A stretch of 32,000 bases of DNA from Rhodobacter capsulatus SB 1003 (lineage in GTDB: Bacteria > Pseudomonadota > Alphaproteobacteria > Rhodobacterales > Rhodobacteraceae). The notes under the pieces are model-generated. The model saw only the letters and a program-made list of their open reading frames with translations, searched no databases and had not been told where the DNA came from. Below, piece by piece: positions 17,197-24,064 of this stretch. The position numbers and the translations under genes were made by a program. Within the stretch, counting starts at the first letter, position 1. Every line of letters begins with the position of its first letter. The DNA lies in contig NC_014034.1 of NCBI RefSeq assembly GCF_000021865.1, positions 3,270,001 through 3,302,000 of the forward strand, written 5' to 3'.

Positions 17197-17290
17197 CCTT
17201 TATCTTGCCTCAAATATCCCGCGGGGGGTCGCCGGTCGGGCGCCACCGGTTCAAGCCCGGCCGGCGACGGGCCGCGAAGCCCCCCGGCTT
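17197..17290 (+). repeat. Intergenic repeat family, copy C
   Basis: cCTTTATCTTGCctcAAATATCCCgCGGGGGG, followed by a long interrupted GC hairpin (ggggggtcgccgg...ccggcgac...cccccc). It fills the entire 104-nt gap between the GNAT stop and the FAD oxidase start. Confidence 0.65.
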
Positions 17291-17292
17291 CC

Positions 17293-17877
17293 TCAGCCGA
17301 TATCGGTGCGCCCGCGCCGGTCCGGGCGCAGGTTGGCGTAAAGCACATGGTTGCGCCAGCGCCCGTTGATCTGCAGATAGGCCTGCGAGACGCCCTCGTA
17401 TTTGAAGCCGGATTTCTCCAGCACCCCACGCGAGGCGGCGTTTTCCGGCAGGCAGGCGGCCTCGATCCGGCTCAGATCCATCGGCCCGAAGGCATGATCC
17501 ACCACCGCCGCGATCGCCTCGCGCATGAAACCCTGCCGGGCATAGCGGGCGCCGACCCAATAGCCCAAAGTGCCCGCCTGCGCCGGTCCGCGGCGGATGT
17601 TGTCGAGCGTGATCGCCCCCAGCACCCGCCCCGTCGCCCGCTCGATCAGAAAGAACGGCAGCGCCGTGCCCGCGGCTTCCGCCCGGGCCGCCCAATAGAC
17701 GCGGTTGGCAAAGGCCTTGCGGCCCAGATGCTCGGCCGACCACGAGGGCTCCCAGGGCGTCAGGAAATCGCGGCTTTCGGCGCGCAGGCTGGCCCAGTCG
17801 CGGAAATCGGAATGCAGGGGCAGACGCAGCGTCATCCGCTCGGTCTCGACCTGGGGTTTCCGACGCCGCAGGAACAT
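17293..17877 (-). CDS. GNAT family N-acetyltransferase (RimJ/RimL-like)
   Basis: 194 aa with a RimJ-like layout (TERMTLR...; YWVGARYARQGFMREA). The start shares 1 nt with the M16 peptidase stop (TGATG). Confidence 0.82.
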   Translation of the reverse strand: MFLRRRKPQVETERMTLRLPLHSDFRDWASLRAESRDFLTPWEPSWSAEHLGRKAFANRVYWAARAEAAGTALPFFLIERATGRVLGAITLDNIRRGPAQAGTLGYWVGARYARQGFMREAIAAVVDHAFGPMDLSRIEAACLPENAASRGVLEKSGFKYEGVSQAYLQINGRWRNHVLYANLRPDRRGRTDIG

Positions 17878-19136
17878 CAGGCCGCAAGCCTCCGCCGCAG
17901 CCCCGCCAGATCCGGCGCCGCTTCGGCGGGCCCGTAAAGCGCCAGCGCCGTGCGATCCTGCGCGATCATCCGCCCGGCATAGGACCGCACCGCCTCGACC
18001 GTCACGCCATCGATCAGCGTCGAGACCTCGTCCAGCCCCGGCACCCGGCCCCAGATCGCCAGATTGCGCGCCATCCGCTCGGCGCGGCTTGACGGGCTTT
18101 CCAGCCCCATCAGCATTCCCGCCTTCATCTGCGCCCGCGCCCGCGCCACTTCGGCCTCGGTCATGTCCTCGGCCGCGCGTTTCAGCTCGTCGATGGTCAG
18201 ACCGCAGAGATCCGCCACTTCCTCGCCCGAGGTGCCCGCGTAAATCGTGATCATCCCGGTGTCGTCATAGGCCCCGGCCTGCGCGAAGATCGAATAGCAG
18301 AGCCCCCGTTCCTCGCGGATCTTCTGGAACAGCCGCGAAGACATGCCGCCGCCCAGCGCCGTCGCATAGACCTGCGCGGTGTAAAGATCGGCGTCGCGAT
18401 AGCCCGGCCCCTCGAAGGCGAGCGCGAAATGCACCTGTTCCAGGTCTTTCAGCTCGCGCCGTTCATTGCCCGACCAGCGCGCCAGCTGCACCGCGGGGGC
18501 GCCGATCGGGCGCAGATGGCCGAAAAGCCGCTCGGCCTGTTTCACGATCGCGGCGTGATCGACGGCGCCTGCCGCCGAGAGGATCATCTGATCCGGCCCG
18601 TAATGTTCCGCCACGAACCGCTCGAAATCCTCGCGGCCGAAGCGTTCGATGTTCTCCGACGGCCCGAGGATCGTGCGCCCCATCGCCTGATCGGGATAGG
18701 CGGCCTCCTGCAGCCAGTCGAAGATGATGTCGTCGGGCGTATCGAGCGCCTGACCGATTTCCTGCAAGATCACATGACGCTCGACCTCGATTTCGCGCGG
18801 ATCGAAGACCGAGTTCAGCACGATGTCGGAAATCACATCGAGCGCCAAACCGACATCGGCCTTCAGCACGCGGGCGTAATAGGCCGTCGCCTCGCGCGAG
18901 GTATAGGCGTTGATATAGCCGCCCACATCCTCGATCGCCTCGGCGATCTGCAGCGCCGTGCGGGTCTTCGTGCCCTTGAAGGCCATGTGCTCCAGAAAAT
19001 GCGCGATGCCGTTCTGTTCCAGCCGTTCATGGCGGCCGCCCGCCAGCACCCAGACGCCGACCGAGGCCGAGGCAAGGCCCGGCATGCGCTCGGTGACGAT
19101 GCGCAGGCCGTTGGGCAGCGTGGTCAGCTCGATCAT
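17877..19136 (-). CDS. M16 family zinc peptidase (pitrilysin/processing-protease-like)
   Basis: 419 aa with the inverted zinc motif HFLEHMAFKGT (HxxEH). The start overlaps the thrC stop (ATGA). Confidence 0.9.
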   Translation of the reverse strand: MIELTTLPNGLRIVTERMPGLASASVGVWVLAGGRHERLEQNGIAHFLEHMAFKGTKTRTALQIAEAIEDVGGYINAYTSREATAYYARVLKADVGLALDVISDIVLNSVFDPREIEVERHVILQEIGQALDTPDDIIFDWLQEAAYPDQAMGRTILGPSENIERFGREDFERFVAEHYGPDQMILSAAGAVDHAAIVKQAERLFGHLRPIGAPAVQLARWSGNERRELKDLEQVHFALAFEGPGYRDADLYTAQVYATALGGGMSSRLFQKIREERGLCYSIFAQAGAYDDTGMITIYAGTSGEEVADLCGLTIDELKRAAEDMTEAEVARARAQMKAGMLMGLESPSSRAERMARNLAIWGRVPGLDEVSTLIDGVTVEAVRSYAGRMIAQDRTALALYGPAEAAPDLAGLRRRLAA

Positions 19137-20542
19137 GCGCGGGGCTCCCCAAGCGTCCGGGCCTTGCGGATCAAGGCTTCCAGCGCGGCCAGATCATTGG
19201 GCACCCGGGTGACGCGCTCGGGCCGCTCGAACAGATCGGCCATGCGGGCGGGCAGGCCGGGGCGCAGGCCGGTGGCAGCCTCGACCGCATCGGGGAATTT
19301 CGCCGGATGCGCGGTGGCCAGCGTCACCATCGGGGTCTCGGGGCGGGCATGGGCATGACCGACGCGGACCCCCACGGCCGAATGCGGGCACAAAAGCTCG
19401 CCCGAACGCGTCCGTTCCTCGGTGATCGTCTGCGCGGTCTCGGCCTCCGATACGCGGCCCGAGGCATAGGTTTCGCGCAGGGCCTCCAGCGCGCCTTGGG
19501 ACACGGTGAAGCCGCCCTTGGTCTTCAGCTCCTCCATCAGCTGCGCCACGGCGGCGCCGTCCTTGCCATAGGCCCAGAACAGCGCGCGCTCGAAGTTCGA
19601 GGAAATCTGAATGTCCATCGACGGGCTGATCGAGGGTTTCACCCCGTCCATCCGGTATTCGCCCGTGCTCAGGCAGCGGTGCAGGATGTCGTTCTGGTTC
19701 GTGGCAATCACCAGCTGCTCGATCGGCAGGCCCATTTCGCGCGCGATGAAGCCCGCGAAAATGTCGCCAAAGTTCCCGGTCGGCACGGTGAAGCTGATCT
19801 TGCGGCCGGGCGCCCCAAGGCTGACCGCGGCGGTGAAATAATAAACCACCTGCGCCAGCACCCGCGCCCAGTTGATCGAGTTCACACCGGCCAGCCCCAC
19901 CTCATCGCGGAAGGCGAAGTCGTTGAACATGTCTTTCAGCCGGTTCTGGCAATCGTCGAACGTGCCCGACAGCGCCAGCGCATGCACGTTGCTTTCCGCC
20001 GGCGTCGTCATCTGACGGCGCTGCACGTCCGAAACACGCCCGTGCGGGAACAGGATGAAGACATCGACATTCTCAAGGCCCTTGAAGGCCTCGATCGCGG
20101 CCGATCCGGTGTCGCCGCTGGTGGCGCCGACGATGGTGATGCGCTTGCCCTGTTTTGCCAAGGCGATCTGGAACAGCTGCCCGATGATCTGCATGGCGAA
20201 ATCCTTGAACGCCAGCGTCGGGCCGTGGAACAGCTCGAGCAGGAAATGCCCCGGCGCAAGCTGCACCAGCGGCGCGCGGGCGACATGGCCGAAGCCCGCA
20301 TAGGCCTTGGCGATGGCGCCTTTCAGCTCTGCCTCGGTGAAGGTGTCGCCGACGAAAGGCGCCATGACGCGATAGGCCACCTCCTCGTAGCTTTGCCCGG
20401 CCATCGCGGCGATCTCGTCCTTGCTCAGGCTCGGCACCGTTTCGGGGACGTAAAGTCCGCCGTCGCGGGCAAGCCCGGTCAGCATGGCTTCGGCAAAGCT
20501 CAGGACCGGGGCCTGCCCCCGGGTGGAGATATAACGCATCAT
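19133..20542 (-). CDS. thrC: Threonine synthase
   Basis: 469 aa. The MMRYISTRGQ N-terminus and the HGPTLAFKDFA PLP-lysine motif are typical of long-form ThrC. Confidence 0.95.
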   Translation of the reverse strand: MMRYISTRGQAPVLSFAEAMLTGLARDGGLYVPETVPSLSKDEIAAMAGQSYEEVAYRVMAPFVGDTFTEAELKGAIAKAYAGFGHVARAPLVQLAPGHFLLELFHGPTLAFKDFAMQIIGQLFQIALAKQGKRITIVGATSGDTGSAAIEAFKGLENVDVFILFPHGRVSDVQRRQMTTPAESNVHALALSGTFDDCQNRLKDMFNDFAFRDEVGLAGVNSINWARVLAQVVYYFTAAVSLGAPGRKISFTVPTGNFGDIFAGFIAREMGLPIEQLVIATNQNDILHRCLSTGEYRMDGVKPSISPSMDIQISSNFERALFWAYGKDGAAVAQLMEELKTKGGFTVSQGALEALRETYASGRVSEAETAQTITEERTRSGELLCPHSAVGVRVGHAHARPETPMVTLATAHPAKFPDAVEAATGLRPGLPARMADLFERPERVTRVPNDLAALEALIRKARTLGEPRA

Positions 20543-20700
20543 TCGCCCTTCGATTTCGGTAACGCCTGATACGCGAGAACGGAAACCTTGTCAGCCCCAA
20601 GCATCAAGGCCGGGGCCTTGCCGCCTTCGCTTTTGCGCGATTGCCTTTCCTTTCACCCGGGGCGGCTATATCTGCAAGGGATCACCCAAAGGAGCCGCAG

Positions 20701-22122
20701 ATGAGCCAGGACCGCTTCGCCCCCTTCGAGACGCAGATCGACGAGGCTTCCGCGCTGGCGATCCTGCGCGCGGCAACGGCGGGGGCCGATGATGGCGAGC
20801 TGTTTCTGGAACGGATGCGTTCGGAGAGCCTCGTCTTCGACGATGGCCGGGTGAAGACGGCCTCTTATGATGCGTCGGAGGGGTTCGGCCTGCGCGCCGT
20901 GCGCGGCGAGGTGACGGGCTATGCCCATGCGACCGAGATTTCGGAAGCCGCGCTGAAACGGGCGGCGGAAACCGCGCGGCTGGCCGTGGGCGATGGCGGC
21001 GGGGTGATGGCGGCGCCACCCGCGCGCACCAACCGGCATCTTTACGGCGCCGCCGATCCGATGGCCGATGCCGCTTTCGGCGCGAAGATCGAGATCCTGC
21101 GCGAGATCGACGCTTTCACCCGCGATCTCGACCCGCGCGTGGTGCAGGTGACGGCGACGGTGGCGGCGAGCCTGCAGGAAGTGTTCATCCTGCGCCCCGA
21201 AGGCGGGGTGCTGTCCGACATCCGGCCGATGGCGCGGGTGAATGTCTCGGTGATCGTCGAGGAAAACGGCCGTCGCGAAAGCGGCACGAATGGCGGCGGC
21301 GGGCGGATCGGTCTGGCGGGGCTGATCGTGCCCGGCCATTGGCAACCGATTGCGCGCGAGGCTTTGCGGATCGCGCTGGTGAACCTGTCGGCCGAACCGG
21401 CGCCCGCGGGGGCCTTTGATGTCGTGCTGGGTCCGGGCTGGCCGGGCGTGATGCTGCATGAAGCCGTGGGCCACGGGCTTGAGGGCGATTTCAACCGCAA
21501 GAAATCCTCGGCCTTTTCCGGCCGGATCGGGCAGCAGGTCGCGGCGAGGGGGGTCACCGTGCTTGATGACGGCACGATCCCGGACCGGCGCGGCTCGATC
21601 AGCATCGACGACGAGGGCACGCCCTCGCACCGCACCGTGCTGATCGAGGACGGCGTGCTGGTGGGTTACATGCAGGACCGGCAGAACGCCCGGCTGATGG
21701 GCGTCGCGCCCACCGGCAATGGTCGGCGCGAGGGCCATGCCCATCCGCCGATGCCGCGGATGACGAACACCTACATGCTGGCGGGCACGGCCGATCCCGC
21801 CGCCATCCTCGCCGATCTGAAGGACGGGATCTATGCCGTCGGTTTCGGCGGCGGGCAGGTCGACATCACCAACGGCAAGTTCGTCTTCAACTGCACCGAG
21901 GCTTACCGGGTGAAGAATGGCCGGGTGGGCGCGGCCTTGCGCGGGGCGACGCTGATCGGCGACGGCCCGGCGGCGATGAAGCAGATCCGCGCCATCGGCA
22001 ACGATCTGGCGCTGGATCCCGGCATCGGCAATTGCGGCAAGGCCGGGCAATGGGTGCCGGTGGGCGTGGGCCAGCCGACGCTCCTGATCGGCGGGCTGAC
22101 CGTGGGCGGTTCGGCCGCCTGA
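20701..22122 (+). CDS. tldD: Metalloprotease TldD
   Basis: ATG 20701 is preceded by AAAGGAG (20689-20695). The HEAVGHGLEGDFNRK motif (HExxxH) and the overall PmbA/TldD family layout are present. Confidence 0.93.
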   Translation: MSQDRFAPFETQIDEASALAILRAATAGADDGELFLERMRSESLVFDDGRVKTASYDASEGFGLRAVRGEVTGYAHATEISEAALKRAAETARLAVGDGGGVMAAPPARTNRHLYGAADPMADAAFGAKIEILREIDAFTRDLDPRVVQVTATVAASLQEVFILRPEGGVLSDIRPMARVNVSVIVEENGRRESGTNGGGGRIGLAGLIVPGHWQPIAREALRIALVNLSAEPAPAGAFDVVLGPGWPGVMLHEAVGHGLEGDFNRKKSSAFSGRIGQQVAARGVTVLDDGTIPDRRGSISIDDEGTPSHRTVLIEDGVLVGYMQDRQNARLMGVAPTGNGRREGHAHPPMPRMTNTYMLAGTADPAAILADLKDGIYAVGFGGGQVDITNGKFVFNCTEAYRVKNGRVGAALRGATLIGDGPAAMKQIRAIGNDLALDPGIGNCGKAGQWVPVGVGQPTLLIGGLTVGGSAA

Positions 22123-22204
22123 TTCGCCGCGCCCCGGACCCGGTTCGGACCCGCCCGGACCCTCTTGCGCATTGATGCACGGAAAGGACGGGCTCCCCGG
22201 GGCC

Positions 22205-22326
22205 CTCTGCGCAATTTAAACATGTTATTTGAAAATTTTCTTCAACTTTGAGACGAATCGCACTCTTGGTAACTCTTTGTTAAGATTAATGCGGCAGATT
22301 GATCTTGCGACGAGGCGGAGGGACGG
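22205..22326 (+). promoter_or_regulatory. AT-rich island / putative dprA promoter region
   Basis: Hand count gives 29 G/C in the 90 nt 22211-22300 (about 32%), against about two-thirds for the window. It lies directly upstream of the dprA ATG. Confidence 0.5.
22269..22283 (-). promoter_or_regulatory. CtrA-like box TTAA-N7-TTAC
   Basis: The minus strand reads TTAAcaaagagTTAC, one mismatch from TTAA-N7-TTAA and including a TTAAC half-site. A further TTAA lies at 22286-22289. The box is 44-58 nt upstream of the dprA ATG. Confidence 0.4.
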
Positions 22327-23478
22327 ATGAAAACAAGTTTGTTTTCTTACCCCACCCCCTTCACCCCACCCACCACGGAAGAAGACGAGCTCTCGTTTCT
22401 CCGTCTCGCTCGCTCCCGTCGTGTCGGGGCCACGACCTTCCACCGATTGCTGAAAGACCATGGCAGCGCCGCCGCCGCGCTGGACGCGCTTCCGGGCATT
22501 GCCCGGGCCGCCGGATCTGCCGATTACAGCCCCTGCCCGCCCGGCGTGGCCAAGGCGGAGCTGAGCGCCGGCCGGCGCCTTGGCGCAAGGCTGCTTTTGC
22601 CCGGGGGGCCGGGCTATCCCGCCGATCTGCTGGAGCTGCCCGATGCGCCGCCCGTGCTTTGGGCGCTGGGCCGGGTCGATCTGCTGGCCGCGCCGCGGGT
22701 CGCGGTTATCGGCGCCCGCAATGCCTCGTCGCTGGGGCAAAGGATGGCGCGCAAACTGGCCGAAGAGATGGGCCGGGCGGGATTCGCCGTCGTCTCGGGG
22801 CTGGCGCGCGGCATCGACGCCGCCGCGCACGAAGCCGCCCTGCCCTTCGGCACGATCGCGGTGATGGCGGGCGGCCTCGACGTGATCTATCCGCCCGAGA
22901 ATCGCGATCTGGCCAGCCGCATCGCCACCGGGGGGCTGCTTCTGGCCGAACTTCCCCCGGGGACCGAACCGCAGGCCCGGCATTTTCCGCAGCGCAACCG
23001 GATCATCGCGGCGCTGGCGCGCGCGACGCTGGTGGTCGAGGCCGCCGCGCGCTCGGGCAGCTTGCTGACCGCGCGGATGGCGCTGGATTACGGGCGCGAG
23101 GTGATGGCGGTGCCCGGTCACCCGATGGATGCCCGCGCCGCGGGCTGCAACATGCTGATCCGCGACGGCGCGGTGCTGATCCGCGGCGCCGAGGATGTGA
23201 TCGAAGCGATGGGCCTTGAAGCCGCGCCCCGGGCGGAGCCGCGCCCCGATCCGCGACCGTCGCCCCAGCCCGCCGCCGCAGCGAAAGCCGGTCCGATGGC
23301 CGCCGTCACCGGCCTGCGGGCGCGGCTGCTGGCGCTTCTTGGCCCGGCGCCGACGCCCGAGGATACGGTGATCCGCGATCTGGGCATCGATGCCGCCACC
23401 CTGTCACGCGAAGTGATCGGCCTTGAAATCGAAGGCGAAATCACCCGCCATCCGGGCGGGCTGCTCAGCCGCGGCTGA
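22327..23478 (+). CDS. dprA: DNA-processing protein DprA (Smf)
   Basis: 383 aa with the Rossmann-like DprA core motifs VAVIGARNASSLG, VVSGLARGIDAAAH, VIYPPEN and FPQRNRIIAAL. ATG 22327 is preceded by GGCGGAGGGACGG. Confidence 0.93.
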   Translation: MKTSLFSYPTPFTPPTTEEDELSFLRLARSRRVGATTFHRLLKDHGSAAAALDALPGIARAAGSADYSPCPPGVAKAELSAGRRLGARLLLPGGPGYPADLLELPDAPPVLWALGRVDLLAAPRVAVIGARNASSLGQRMARKLAEEMGRAGFAVVSGLARGIDAAAHEAALPFGTIAVMAGGLDVIYPPENRDLASRIATGGLLLAELPPGTEPQARHFPQRNRIIAALARATLVVEAAARSGSLLTARMALDYGREVMAVPGHPMDARAAGCNMLIRDGAVLIRGAEDVIEAMGLEAAPRAEPRPDPRPSPQPAAAAKAGPMAAVTGLRARLLALLGPAPTPEDTVIRDLGIDAATLSREVIGLEIEGEITRHPGGLLSRG

Positions 23479-23505
23479 TCCGGGCGCGGTTGATCCCGGG
23501 CGCGG
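23476..23505. repeat. Tandem 14/15-nt direct repeat at the dprA stop codon
   Basis: TGATCCGGGCGCGG (23476-23489), then t, then TGATCCCGGGCGCGG (23491-23505). The first TGA is the dprA stop. Confidence 0.8.
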
Positions 23506-23507
23506 CC

Positions 23508-23951
23508 TCACATGCCGCCGCAGGCCTCGGGGATCACGTCGCGGAAGGTGGCGCAGATCGGCTCCCAGGAATACCAGACATCGGTGGCGCCCACCGCATG
23601 ATGCACCGCCACCCATTGCCGCCCGGATTTCACCCAAAGCGCCTCGACGTGATCGCCCCCCTCGGCCAGTTCCGGGTCGAATTCCTCACGCAGCACCATC
23701 GGCGTCCGCGCCATGTCGATCTTGCCCCCGCCCGGGCGCTGCGGCACCAGCGTGGCGAAGGCGTGATCGCCCTTCACCCGCATCTCGGTCACCACGAATT
23801 CGACCGGCGCACCCAGCTGCCACTCTACCAGCGGGCGCAGCGCATCGAGCAGATCCCCCCGCAGTTGCGAGCCCCGCGCCGGGCTTTCCCAATCGCCCGC
23901 CACCGCGGCCCCCGCCCAGAAAACCAGCCCCAGAACGGCAATTCCCCGCAT
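23508..23951 (-). CDS. Hypothetical secreted protein (147 aa)
   Basis: An internal ATG at 23951 gives MRGIAVLGLVFWAGAAVAGDW, a signal peptide with an AVA cleavage site, preceded by a purine-rich RBS (AAAGGGGGAAAG on the minus strand). No family recognised. Confidence 0.5.
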   Translation of the reverse strand: MRGIAVLGLVFWAGAAVAGDWESPARGSQLRGDLLDALRPLVEWQLGAPVEFVVTEMRVKGDHAFATLVPQRPGGGKIDMARTPMVLREEFDPELAEGGDHVEALWVKSGRQWVAVHHAVGATDVWYSWEPICATFRDVIPEACGGM

Positions 23952-24064
23952 CTTTCCCCCTTTCGGCCCGCGCAGGCTGCGACGGAAGCCGGATTGACAT
24001 TTGCCCCAAACCCCCCGCATGGTCCGCCGCTGAACCGGTTTGCGAGAGTGATCAAGAGGAAGTC

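Noticed and set aside
13949-17341. Long ORFs 13949..15592 (minus) and 15710..17341 (plus), antisense to mtnP/apt and the FAD oxidase
   Set aside because: The opposite strands carry well-recognised MTAP, APRT and GlcD-like proteins. These frames are R/G/H/A-rich with no motifs.
23423-24064. 214-residue N-terminal extension of the topA ORF in the track
   Set aside because: The extension is R/P/A-rich and overlaps the opposite-strand secreted-protein gene. The conserved TOPRIM N-terminus (MAVVVVESPAKAK) starts at ATG 24065.
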